From Girardia tigrina (Eukaryota), in NCBI GenBank assembly GCA_001938485.1, contig MQRK01208160.1, positions 1 through 58,067 of the forward strand: a stretch of DNA of 58,067 bases. The letters run 5' to 3'. The position numbers and the translations under genes were made by a program. The notes under the pieces were generated by a model. That model was not told where the DNA came from and searched no databases. It saw only the letters and a program-made list of their open reading frames with translations. This document shows positions 38,259 to 51,007 of the stretch, piece by piece; position 1 is the first letter of the stretch; each line of letters starts with the position of its first letter.

Positions 38259-39177
38259 TGGCGTAGTGACAAGAACCAAGATCTGGCCAGAAGATGAAGT
38301 GACCAGCTGGGTATTTCTCATTCAGATAAGGAAGCAAACGCTTCGTTAAGCACTCGGAGATATAAATATCCGAATTATAAACTACAGATTTCTATTTCCT
38401 GATGTACAGGTTTGAAATGCCTCGTCAGGAAACAGTTGCCCAAACAAAAACTTTTACTGTGAATTTCTCTTGAAATTTAAGGCGAATATTATCAGGTACA
38501 TCACCGAACTTATTTTGGTCCACATAATAACCCGATGTCATTGCTCCGGTGAGTGTAAAATACAACTCATCATCAAGTACAAAGTCGGTTTTGGTCTTTT
38601 CCACAACAATTTTAGCGAGATTTTGCAACCTGGCTTTCTGGCGAATAATCTGTGTCGGAGTAACCTTTGGGGCTTCTTTCCCCTTTTGAAACTCTATGTT
38701 ATTAGTGTTGAGCATCTTATGCACGAAAGACTTTGAAACATTCATTTCTCTACCTAACTTTCTCACACTTTGTCCAACAGTCAAAGTTGCACGCTGCAGA
38801 AGTCTCTTCCTTTTGTCTGACGTCATTTACCAGGTTTCCTTCCACTTCCTACTTTTCTTTCAATGCTGCCGGTGTTCTCATAGCGTTGTATTATTGCATA
38901 TATACCTCTTCTGGAAAAATGAATGCCAGTAAACTTTGTCACAGTCTCACTTTTACTGTGCGTTTTGAAAGAAATGATTATGTCTTCATGTCGTTTTGAA
39001 ATCATTATAATTGTCTCTAAAATAAAACATATTAAACCAAAAATTTTAAATACCTGCTTTACTATTTCTAACCTATCAAAACAAATATTTAAATTCCAAA
39101 TTTACGAAATTAAATAATATTACATTAAAAAGTTATGATGGTTTTAAAACTTGTGCACTTTTTTAGTGGACACACCT
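38259..39177 (-). mobile_element. DD37E/TRT-like Tc1-superfamily transposon, frameshifted; 3' part in the gap
   Basis: ERKVGSGRKP, FVLDDELYF, KVFVWATVS, LLPYLNEKY..FIFWPDLGSCHYA. Terminus-like TAAGGTGTGTCCACTAAAAAAGTGCAC. Confidence 0.8.
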
Positions 39178-39268
39178 TATAACAAAGCTTTTAACTATTT
39201 GTATCAAAGTTTTAATTTGTAGACTAATTACAATAATCTATATTTTTTTATTTTTTTCCGATCTTTAA

Positions 39269-39620
39269 CCCTTACAGGATCACAAGATGTTCAAGACTAA
39301 ATATGCCAATACAACAAAATATATGTTTTGGTTTTGACGCAATAAAGTTTGACAAATTTTTTTATTCGTTCAGAAACACATTTGCCGCATTTGACATACG
39401 TTTTATTTTGACATTCAGCAAAAAATTTCGATTCAATAATAATTGAACAATCGATAGCGATTTTTGTAGAAGGGAAAAATATTTCCTTTGAGTTTGAAAG
39501 GGATAAACATTCATATATGTCACTTCTTAATCAGAATTTCACCGAAAGAGTTCCATTTTCTCCAAAAAGGGTTTTTTAGCAAATATTTTTTCTCGCTTAC
39601 AATATGATTTTTTTTCCAAA
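39269..39620 (-). mobile_element. possible piggyBac 3' remnant
   Basis: TTAA|CCCTT end. The minus strand reads ECQNKTYVKCGKCVS, resembling a decayed C-terminal Cys-rich domain. Confidence 0.3.
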
Positions 39621-40105
39621 TTTGAATCCAATCTTCATTAATTTACTAATTATTTTTCAGAGACTGTAAACTGCTTGGTTTCAAAAATCACATCTTTTGC
39701 TAAAAAGATTTTTCAAGATTCATTTATTGACAAAAAATTATAAGAAATCACGAGATTTTTTATATTTTTTAACGATGTTTACATATTTTCGCCCATAATT
39801 ACAAATAAATTTTTAATTTTAAACAACGCCCAATATTGTTCAAAATTAATACAAAATATTTTATTCTGTATAATACAATATATTTTCAATCAAAATTACA
39901 ATCACAAAATGTTTTCTCAACAATAATTTTTAAAAGATCACATATTTTAATTTTCAAAAATATTTGAATGATTTTTGTTACAAAAATCATCAATTAATTT
40001 GTGGTAATAAATTATTAAATTATTCAGCAAAATGTTAATTCCCGAAAATCTATTTTAAAATAATAGTAATAATATAATACAATGAAAATATTAAAAATTG
40101 AAAGG

Positions 40106-40155
<50 letters not shown>

Positions 40156-40164
40156 CTTATATAC

Positions 40165-40972
40165 ATATAATGAAAATAAAGGCCATTTTTGAATATTAAA
40201 TTTATTATGAAATTTAAATGTCACAAGTGTGAATCCTTGTACATTGGAGAGACAAGTCGTCATCTCTGCACTAGAATTGCTGAACATACTCAATCGAGTA
40301 GAAATAGTTCGATATTGAGCCATATTAAAAGATGTAAAGGTAATATTATGGATTATAATAAAAATCGGTAGTAGCGACGGGCGGTGTGAACAAAGGGCAG
40401 GGACGTAATCAGAGCAAGCTAGTTACTTGCGCTTACTAGGAATTCCTCGTTCAAGTGGGATAATTTCAATCCACTATTCCTGACACGACAGGGATTCAGC
40501 AGGTTACCCGACCATTTCTAGCTAGGAATAAAACTCGCTGGTACTGCCATTGTAGTGTGCGTGCGGCCCCGGACATCTAAGGACATCACAGGCCTGTTAT
40601 TGCTCCATTTCATTTAGTTAAACGCTATTTATTCCTCTAAGAAGTCAGCATTTGCGATTTAACACAAATGTACTATTTAGCAGGTGAGAGTCTCGTTCGT
40701 TAACGATATTAACCAGACAAATCGCTCCACCAACTAAGAACGGCCATGCACCACCACCCACCGAATCAAGAAAGAGCTATCAATCTGTCAATCCTCACAG
40801 TGTCCGGATCGGGTGAGATTTCCCGTGAGCATACTCAATCGAGTAGAAATAGTTCTATATTGAGCCATATTAAAAGATGTAAAGGTAATCTTATGGATTA
40901 CAATAAAGATTTTAAAGTGATTTTAAATAATTTTGACACAAATTATGAAAGAATAATTGCCGAAGCATTGTT
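40165..40972 (+). mobile_element. Penelope-like GIY-YIG fragment (same family as 25068-25890), interrupted by an 18S fragment
   Basis: FKCHKCESLYIGETSRHLCTRIAEH...YERIIAEALL, near-identical to 25410-25620. Short inverted tail at 40165-40207 next to (TA)n. Confidence 0.9.
40363..40827 (-). pseudogene. 18S rRNA fragment (3' half, roughly the V7-V8 region), non-functional copy
   Basis: Reverse complement contains universal 18S motifs GTGGTGCATGGCCGTTCTTAGTTGGTGG, GCAATAACAGG, AACGAGGAATTCCTAGTA, CACACCGCCCGTCGCTACTACCGATT. Several substitutions at normally invariant sites. Confidence 0.95.
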
Positions 40973-41965
40973 AATTATAAATCGTTCTCGATCGATAATG
41001 AAAAATAGTCGTTTGTCCGAGCTTTTCTTTTTTTATTTTTTTTATTACACAAGTTCAGTGAACTATCAGCAGTAGTTAATAATGTCTTGTCAATAAAGAA
41101 TTATATATATATATATATATACAAACCTATATACTAAAGATAAATAAGACGACGCGTTTCTAGGTAACAATCCTAAAATCAGGTCAATCCACATCATTTA
41201 TTAAACTAACACAGTAATGGACTTCAAAATAATTTCTAAAAACATTTTACTATTATTTTTACTATTACTAAATTATTTTTTTGATTTTTCTCAAAAATTA
41301 AATGAGGACTTATTAATTTTTTTTAAATCTAACATTTGAACAAAAATTCTAAAAAATACGTAAAACATAAAAAATAGATATTGTTTACAAAACTTTAAAA
41401 AGTTTAAAATTATTTTTTTTAAAACCAACCAAAACTAAATAATTATATAAAACAAAAAAGGTAAGACTAATTAAAATTGATATATTTTAAGAGGAAACTA
41501 ATCAATAAAAGTTTTAAATTGAGAATTTTAAAATAAGTAATAAAAAAAATAGTCTCAAATTAAATAGCCTATTTTTATTTATATTGGTATTTATTTATTT
41601 ATTTATTGTCTGATTCATGTTTATGTATTTATTATTTATTTATTTTTTTAGTTATGTTTATTATATTATGTATGTTAATTATTTATCTATCCCTATTATA
41701 TTAATACCTAACAGCATAAGGTTGTTAGGATATTATATTAAATTTTAAATTTATTGATTTTAAAATAATCACTATTTATTTATTTATGAAATGAATTATT
41801 TACCTGATATATCAATGCTTGTTATTCTATGCTGAAAGAAAACGATTCTTTATTGAGAAGACATTATTAACTACTGCTGATAGTTCACTGAACTTGTGTA
41901 ATAAAAAAATAAAAACTCGGACAACCGACTATTTTTTATTATCGAGCGAGAACGAATTATAATTA
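40972..41965. mobile_element. unclassified element with about 125-bp terminal inverted repeats
   Basis: 40972-41101 is the reverse complement of about 41845-41965 (e.g. TTACACAAGTTCAGTGAACTATCAGCAGTAGTTAATAATGTCTT). No coding interior. Confidence 0.75.
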
Positions 41966-42664
41966 TTAACCAGACACAATTATCAACGACAGACAATTCC
42001 CTAAATTTATATTAAAAAATATGGACAAAAAAAATCCTCGTGATTATATTACGAAACATTTATATCTATATCAAGTCACTGTGTTATTGTCTACTGACGA
42101 TTTTGCCTGAAAAGACTAAAGTAAACTATTTGTATTCATTACAATCACTGATATTCATATTTCGTGTTTTGTGATCACATTTATATCTTCGTTTTACTCT
42201 TTCTGTTGGTTATATTGAAGTATCATTATAAAAAAATATTAAATATTATTTTTTATTTAGCGGCTATATTTTAGTTTAAATAGTTAATTATACATTTAAA
42301 AGGGTGAATAAGCGGTTCTGTTGGAATATCGGTTAGATTTTCACCAGATCTACTCATTCATTTTTTTATATAAAAAACAATAAACATGTTAAATTTATAA
42401 TTATTTTGAAAGAGTTAAGTTGAATATTTTTACGAAATGATTTTTAAAATAAAATGTTTATTATATATTTAATTTAATAATTTTATAATTTATAAATAAA
42501 ATAAATTTCATAAGTAAAGTTTTTAATTTATAAATTACAATTTTAGTTTATAATTTAAATTTAAAGAAAATTTAACCTTCCGCTGCTCGCGTGGCGTCTG
42601 ACAGGTACCATACATATTTTTAGAATTATATTTGTATTATAAACTTTTTCGAATTTAAACTATT

Positions 42665-43503
42665 TATTATCAACATCACAATTTGAATGAAAACATTTAT
42701 TAACAACACAAACAGATTTTTCACAACAATTATCAGTAAGCATCTTTCTTTGATTGATATAGTTTTTGTTTCTGTATTCAAATCTAAAAATACAATCAAT
42801 GGGAAATTTTTTTTATGAACTTTTAATTTCTCATAATTTTATTGGATAAAAAGGCATTACTTAATTTTTAAATAAACATTAATTTTTAAAATTATTAAAA
42901 AGTGAACGCCATTTTTCACAATTTATTTTCGTAATTAATTTTAGCGGATTACCCGCCATCTTCAGACTAAATTAACACTGGCTTTTTGCAGTTTATATAT
43001 GAGAAGGTGATTACGTAATCAATCATGTAATAAAGGCTCTATTTGAAAATGTTTAACAGAGAAGTTGAGTGTGAAGCTTGAATATTAATTTTTGGATCCA
43101 TGGATCTTACTAATAAGGCCTCACACGTTACTCTCTCCCAGTAATTTTTAAATCGATTACACAGAATTTTAAAATCATTTAAAGTACATTTTTAAAATTT
43201 TTCATTACGAAAATAAATTGTGAAAAAGGGCGTTCACTTTTTAATAATGAATATCAATTGCCATTATTTTTTACATTCCTTAATTTTTAAAATATATTAA
43301 ATTTAATAAGATAAAATCGTAATAATAACTTTAAATCGTAAAATAAGTTAAAAGTAATAGTACTTAAAATTAATATCATTAAATTAATTTCATTAGAATC
43401 AAATAATCAATTAATAACATATCAATCCCTTCTGAGTAGGAAAGTCACAAATCTAAACAGCATACAAACTACAAATTTACAACATTCTAAATTTTCCATC
43501 ACA
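42665..43503 (-). mobile_element. solo LTR (TG...TA family) interrupted by a mini-Penelope
   Basis: Perfect CTATT duplication. Colinear with 27790-28230 apart from the insert at about 42892-43280. Confidence 0.85.
42892..43280 (-). mobile_element. mini Penelope-like insertion (ORF tail, pLTR and short inverted tail)
   Basis: Minus strand FKILCNRFKNYWERVTCEALLVRSMDPKINIQASHSTSLLNIFK*, then CTGAAGATGGCGGGTAATCCGCTAAAA. 42892-42935 is inverted at 43204-43248. Confidence 0.85.
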
Positions 43504-43789
43504 CTATTTACTACCCAAATTCATATGTATTCGGACACGTAAAATAATTTTTATTAAAAATTTTAAATTATAAATAATATGTACTTATTTGTATTATAGA
43601 TGAATTAATTTGATATTTTACGATAATCTAAATACAATTCTAAAATAATTTGAAGAAATAAAATAAAAAAGTTAACTAATAAAATTTTATTCGCATTTAA
43701 AAATTTGTTCTCAAATTCAAAAGAATTCAGACACCTACTATTTAAAATCTTGTAACATCGCCCTTTGCTTTTATGACCTCTTCCATGAT

Positions 43790-44030
43790 AAATGCTACAT
43801 CTTTCCTCGCAGAAAAACTTGACCTCCACTTCCAACCAATCAAATGTGGAGTTCTGGCCGTACCTGCAATTAACCAACATCGGACCAACAAATTTACCAT
43901 CAACATAATTCAAATCCCATTTGTTGACAACTGACACCCCATCAAATTCCTTGGATCACCGGTAACTCACAGCCATAACACAAACCCGAGATCCAAATTT
44001 GATGAAATCATTGATTGCCTTAAGAAATCA
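43790..44030 (+). mobile_element. non-LTR (R2/NeSL-like) RT C-terminal relic
   Basis: LDLHFQPIKCGVL..FTINIIQIPFV..IKFLG resembles the late RT motifs of non-LTR elements. Confidence 0.45.
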
Positions 44031-47000
44031 TGGACAGAAAATACAGATTAATAAACGTGATTGGCGTCCGACAGTCCAACGCGAGCAGTTGGACTTCAAA
44101 TTATTTTAAATAGATTTTGGCGAAAGACTAAATTTACAAAAACAATTTTTAAATGTGTGTATTATTTTTTATTAATATTTTTTGTGTAAAATATAAATTC
44201 AGATTCTGAAATTTCAAATAAAGACATATCATAAATGCTTCCGATACAGTAAAATCGTTCAATTTCATTCTCGAAAACTAACTATTCTCAGCTATCAATT
44301 GCCATTTGAAAAAGCAATATGTTTAATCTATCGTTCCGTACTTTAAAGAGTAACGAAGACATATAATAAAGAAAATAATTGATAAAAAATCAAAAGCTAA
44401 TCTTTGAGAAGAAACTGCCCACATTCAATGCGATCCTCTCCATTTCCCATAAAATGCAAAGAAAAATGTATTTTGTCTGTGTGTGATTGCCCTGCACTAA
44501 GAATATATAATAACTAGTAAATCAAAAAATTAAATTTTTTATATCCATTCTTTATGCAAACAGAACTCTAATCTTTTTCAATTAATATTGTTCAGTAACT
44601 CCGATCGCACAGTTTTTTTCCACTTTGTCTGAGACCTTAAAAAGTTTTTTTGATCAAATTTTAACATAATCATTTATTATCATCGAAAATAGGTAAGTAT
44701 GCAAAGTTTGGAGTAAAAAGCCTTCAAAAATAGGTTTATAAATTCCATGGATATTCCATATATATATACCTATATAGAAAGTAAGCTAATAAAAAGAATG
44801 GAAAAATAACAGTTATAATTACAATAATAATAATAATAATATTTATCGAAATAATATTTTTTCTTATTCATTTTGAATAATCTTTAACAGACGTTTATTA
44901 GAAAATGATACTTAGAAAAAAAATTACTCATTAATAAATTATTAAAATAAATTAATTATTTTCTATCATTTGCTTTAATAAAAACAAATATCATATTTTA
45001 AGAAAAATAATTAATTGTTGAATTAATTTAAAAAAAATTACCAAATGGTTTTTTTTATTTTGAAACAAAAAATAACAATCTGTTTCTCATCTAAATGTCT
45101 TCTTGTTTCAACATCTGGCGATTCTTGTCACCAAATGTTTTCTTTTATTAAAGCAAAACATTTACACATCGATATAAGTAATTTAAAATGTTTAAATATA
45201 TTCAAGACAGTATTAGAAAAATAAACAAATAGTATTTTCTTAAATAACTTAATTACTTTTACTTGTAAATTTGGCCAAACATTTTTTTAATAAAAACAAA
45301 ATTTAAAGATTTTTAATGTAAATATTTTTTATTTATTAATTTATTTTATTTTACTTTATATTTAATTATTAAGATTGACTAGAATTATCAATGTTAGAAA
45401 AACTGTTTGCACGCAAACCTCCTCAAAATTGGAGTCCATAAAATTTATTATAAAAAAATGTGCTTTTTTAATTTTTTGAATATTTAAACAAAGTTCTTTT
45501 TTTAGGAGTTTTTACAATTTTTAAATTTAACCGTATTATAAATATGTATATAATAAATATATATAGAATTTTAATAAGCGTGTTTTTAATGTAATTACGA
45601 CTTTAAAATATATTGAAATTAAAATATCTATATTAAAATATAGCTGCTATTCCTTACAATCAATATTTCCACTTATATTCTATACGATAACTTTTTACGT
45701 TTTTGTGAAACCTTTATTGAAAAGATTTATTATTAGTACAAGAAAAATCCCCAATAAAAGTTTTACAATATCTAATATTATTACTCAATCCAAACCAAAA
45801 ATAATTCAACATTATATTAAATTAATCTTGGTTGGTCATACAACACACTATGTATCGATTGATAAAAAAAATTTAACGATGGGCAAACAATGTTGTTAAG
45901 GAACCACTTAGTCAGGAGTAAGTGGTCTTAGCAAATAATAATAAGGAAAAATATAAATGAACAAATAAAACCAGTTATTAATCAAATTTATAATAATTAA
46001 CAAATTACTCAACGGAAGGTTTAAAAGAAGAATACAAAGTATTAATGGAAAACAGGTGACTGAATAGGAAGAGTCTAAAGAAAGTAATTACTTTTGATTC
46101 GATTATTAAGTTTAGGATTAATCAGAATTTTTCTGAGTTATTTTGGATTGAAGAAAATTATTTTAATTCTTTGGTGGGATTTGATATTTGGGATAATCAT
46201 AGTAGGAAAATAAATTCGAAATCATCTTATATTGATTGATATAAAAATTCTTCCAAAAAGAATGACTGACCTTTGAAGTGATTAAATGTTGACAGAATCG
46301 GATTCTTCTTTGGGTTAATAACGAGATTGAATGACTTCAGTTGCGGAATTGAAGGAAAAAGATTTTGGTTGTTTGGGAGAAATAGAATCGCTTATTTCCA
46401 AGTGCGATCACCGAAGAATTGAGATAGTTAGATAGGATTTCTATTTAATCCTATTTTAAATTACTAATATTGATTTTTTTTATCGATAATATTTTATTAG
46501 ATAATAATAATATACATATAAATATATAAACATATTTAATTGTTACATAAATAAATATATGAGTGACTATATGTCACTACAAATGCATTAGATGAATAAT
46601 GAATATGATTGAATATGAGTGACAATTACCAAACTACAACTTAATAAAATAAATAACCAATTTCCAAGGGCGTAAAGTTATTATGATGATACGGAATTAG
46701 CGATAGCTGGATTATTTCGAAATTTAAGGACGAAAATAGAAATGTTTCTCCACAAATATAACAGGTGGAATACTCGGATATGATGAAAGTTTTCTACTGT
46801 AGAACTAGACAATGATAGGGATTAAAATTGGATTTTATAGAGAAAAATAAATCGGTTAAAGTTGGGAAAAGGCATCGAGATTCGTTAACAGATCTTCTTA
46901 CTTCAGAAAAAAATGTAATCGGTCTTCTGTTTTATTTCCTCAAGAATTCAGACTGTAGACGTCAAATTTCGAACCTTTCTGTCCAATTCCTCGGTAAGTA

Positions 47001-48980
47001 ATTACTTGTAATTTTTTATTAATTTTTTTTATTTTTCTGATCAATTATAATTATTATAATTTTTAATAATAATTATTATTATTGTGGAAAGGAGGTGGGA
47101 GGAAATAAATATAATTTTCTTTCGTTTTGTTTCTTTTCTTGATTTTTTTCTTTTCTTCTTTCATGTCTTAAAAATAATAATAAAAATAAATATTTACATA
47201 TACAGTCACGTAAGACGAAAAACACATACACGAGTAAAAAAAAAATAAAAATGTACTTCTACAGTTTTCATCAATAAAAAATATTTAACAAAAATAGTAC
47301 GGAGTGTATTTGTACACTGGGCGTACTGACCTCTTTGAAAACTGAAATTTTCATTGAAAGAAAGTGAGTACAGAAAGGCATTATTGAGATACTTCTAAAG
47401 AAAATAACGTAAAGATTATAACTGTAAACAGATGCTTTTGTTTAATATTATTGTGCTTCACATTATAACGACCTCGCGTCACTTAGAATATACGTATTTA
47501 TATAAGTAAATATAAGTAAGGAGATGTGCTTTATATCAAAAATAGTTGATGAAACCGTGGTTAGCATAATTGCGCAAATCAACCACCGGTCGCTAGCGGT
47601 AAAACGTGCGGTTATCCCACATACTGACAAACATTTAAATATTTGAAATTGAATTTGACGTAATCGTTACATAACTAATATAATATTGCTATCATAAACA
47701 CAACTTTTTTCATTTAAGTTTTCATTTATTTCTTTAAATATTTTAAACACCATTTTACTGTTTTATTATTTATTTAAAATATAATTATTTTATATATAAT
47801 CACTTCAATTACAACAATATTATTATATTATACCTTAGCATTGAGATAATCTATCATTCCCAAAAGATATAATAAGAAAAAAACATAAACTACGAAGGAC
47901 ATTAAACAAGAACAAACATCTTAAAATACCTAAAAACATACACATATCTGATAGATTATGTTCTGGCAAAGATTTGTAGTTTTTGATTTTCTGTCTTCAA
48001 AATGGATTTAAAATTTTAATAACTTAAATACAACCAAAGATGATGAAGAAAGGTTTTGACTGGTTGTTTTCAAATATGTGTGATTTTCATTTACATATGA
48101 TTGTTTGCAATTATTCTTATCATTTCCGTACCATATGAAGTACAATGATAGATATATATACCACACTTCAAACTTCTTTCTTGCTACTTTCGCAGCAAAG
48201 AATCCTCAATTGCTACATTTAGTCTCAAATTGAAACTAATATTTTCAAAAGAAAAATAAATAAATAAATAAATAAAATTATCTTTTTTATAACCATGTCT
48301 GCGCATAAAATTTTTTTAATTTTTAAAAATGGTGAACACATTCTTCAAAAAAATATAAAGTTTTTTTTAGTTATAATAGCTTTTTCGGTAGTACAACACG
48401 TTATTTAATATAAATTTAGAAATTGGGTATATTTAGCAAGATTTACACAGTTTTAGAGTGTCTTTAGAGATAAAATAATTATTCAAATGATTCAATGTGA
48501 TAAAAATATTAAAGTTCTTTACGTAAAAAAAATTTAGATAATAAACTAAAAACATAAATAAATAAAAAAATAATTTTTTATAAACATTTCAGATGATGAT
48601 TTGGAAGTTATCTCTCAAAAATATTGTGCGACTATTACAACGTACTCCTTATAAATACCTATAGATTAAGCGTTGTTAAATTACCACAGGAAAATATTTT
48701 TAATTTTATGTCTTATGCTATTAGCTGTTTTTATTTTAATACTTGTGTTTCAGAATGAATTAAAATTCTCAATTAAATTGTGAAAAAATAAAAATAGAAA
48801 TATATCAAAAAAAATGTTAATAAAAAATTGTATATAAATATATATGTTATATATGTCATATTTATAATTTTTTATTTGTTAGAATTGAAATTCGTTTGTT
48901 TTAACGAATTAGTTTTATATAGTTTTTGATATCTAATAAAGATATATCAATATCGATTTCTTTATTATTTTTGAGATTGG

Positions 48981-49460
48981 ATGCGTAATTTAAACGGACA
49001 AATAACTTTGCCTTTTGACTATGTTTTTAATGCGGAATATTTTATCAAGACATATGCAGGCATTTATGAACCATGGTATGAATTGATGAGAATATGTTGT
49101 GGAAACAATATTGGAACGATGTTTTGGAAAATAATCACTAATGAACACGGAATCAAACCGACCACTGGTATTTACGAAGGCGACAGTGATTTGCAATTAC
49201 CGAAAATTTACGTTTACTTTACTTCTGGAATTCATGGAAAATGTGTGCTAATCAGCGTCATGGTTGAATTGAATAGTACCACTCTCGATTATGTACTGAA
49301 TTCGAACCTTGGGAAATTCTTTCAACCCGATTATTTCATCAGAGGTTCCTCAAGGGCTTCTAAGAATTGCGAAAGACATACGGCCCTCTTCAGGGCAAAA
49401 ATTCGTGATTGGAAAGTGGAGACGGATTTGACAAAAAAAATTTGTATTTTTCATATCTGA
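48981..49460 (+). pseudogene. ORF containing a divergent beta-tubulin N-terminal fragment (about 49096-49370)
   Basis: CGNNIGTMFWKIITNEHGIKPTTGIYEGDSDLQLPKIYVYF...FQPDYF aligns by eye with beta-tubulin residues ~12-100. MREI start and the remainder of the protein are absent. Confidence 0.8.
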
Positions 49461-50004
49461 CATTTTTAAATTTTTTATGAAACGTAAAAGATTTTATGAT
49501 ATAAAAGAATATTCACCTATGATATAAAAGTGAATCAAATTTTGTCATGTTTTGTATATTTCATTTTCTTTTAGCATAATTAGTTGCGTAAATATCCTTT
49601 ACTTTCGCAAAAAGTATAATTATTTAAAGCTAAATCAGCATATAAAAATGAAGAAGTATTACATAAATTGTGAAAATGAATATGTAAAATACGTTATGTA
49701 TAAGATAAAAAAAGGAAAAATATTAAAAGTAAAAAGAAAGGCGACTATTCATAATATAATGAAAATAATTTGAAAAAAGGATGATGTACTTATTTAATGA
49801 GTATTTCTTATATTCACTAAAAAAAATAATTTAGGGTTTTTTTGTACAGCAAATCTTTATTACATACTCAAAAAAATTTAAGTTAACAGAAATTTTCAAA
49901 TTGCTTTTATAGATTTTTTATGAGTATTTCATTTTATTTACTTTATAGAAATAATCAAAATGTATTATAAAAAAAAAGTTAAATCAACATAATTTTCTAA
50001 GTTT

Positions 50005-50098
50005 TTACCGGTGAATATCCGGTAATTTCCGGTCTTACAGATTTTTAAACCGGTCCTTTCCTGTCCGGTACCGTTTAACCGGACCAGTTCCACCCCTG
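50005..50098. mobile_element. hAT-like terminus with subterminal CCGG repeats
   Basis: Six CCGG motifs within about 80 bp, ending in ...AGTTCCACCCCTG (reverse complement CAGGGGTGGAACT). Confidence 0.55.
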
Positions 50099-50109
50099 GT
50101 CTCAATTGT

Positions 50110-51005
50110 TTAGAGATTCATATCAAAATAAAGCTTAATGAAACTCCAACAAGTGTTTCAACATTTATTGATCGCTTTGAGAACAGTGATCAACACACAG
50201 GTCGATCAAGTAGTTCTAAAGAACTTTCAAAAATGTAAAATCAGCATTGGGAGCACACTCATACACGAATGATAAAGGATTTTTCAGCTTTAGAACAGTG
50301 GGATATGAAGTGAATGTTCCAGATAAGCGAGTGTGCGCAGTGCGGCTGCAGCACCATAGTGCGAGTGAGAGGTATTCGAGTCGAAGAGAAATATTTAATA
50401 TATTGTAATTGGTCAAATAATTCTTGCTATGGTCATCGAGATTCGGTCGAATAGTTCCATTTGAGAAATCACAACGATCCTTAGCGACTCTCAACTCCGA
50501 TCTGTTTTCGATAAGACTGCATTGAATGTTAGTAATCAAATTGGCATTGTTACAATGTCTGTTATATAATTTCAAGTCGGTTCTCTTCAACTCCATGAAT
50601 TACTGAAATTTGCTTAAAACGACTGACATTGACAACAGAGATCCGAAAATGTCGTTTTCTTCAGATACTTTGACACTTGTGTTATCATATATCAAAAGCT
50701 TTAAAATGAAATTGATCGTCTCTATCAATGGTTCCAAGATCAATTGAGATGAGAATGTTAACAACACATCCGGGTCATAATTGAAACATTGTTTGACGAA
50801 CTCGATTTTACAACACACCACACCAATTCATTTAATTTGTATTTCGTTACATCATGAAACGATATTTGAGTTTGGGAACCGTTTGAATTCTTAGCTGCCA
50901 TTGTATTGCTATTCGGATTAGCAGCGATCAATAACTGATCCACTTTCAAAGATGTTCTAAGGATATTCGAATCCATTTTTAGAATGTGCATGGTCGCACC
51001 AACTT
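50110..51005 (-). mobile_element. highly degenerate Penelope-like RT relic
   Basis: PLIETINFILKLL and LSFVYECAPNADFTFLKVL resemble the PLE RT motifs VPLxETI and IKFTxE..LPFLDVL. Confidence 0.35.
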
Positions 51006-51007
51006 CC

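Noticed and set aside
37546-38349. Long ORFs spanning N-gaps (also 277-513, 12355-12935, 24820-25093, 29788-30450)
   Set aside because: Their length is an artefact of Ns and (TA)n translation.
40363-40827. Functional rDNA unit or rDNA-targeting retroelement site
   Set aside because: Only a mutated internal 18S piece, with no flanking rDNA. The 18S lies inside the element rather than the reverse.
45930-47280. Possible further LTR-like repeat related to 3200-3660 and 57400-58030
   Set aside because: Similarity is patchy and AT-rich; I could not define ends or a TSD by eye.
47546-47612. TTGATGA-ACCG...CGGT-AAAACG possible extended hammerhead
   Set aside because: Both core boxes are mutated and there is no Penelope context; could be chance.
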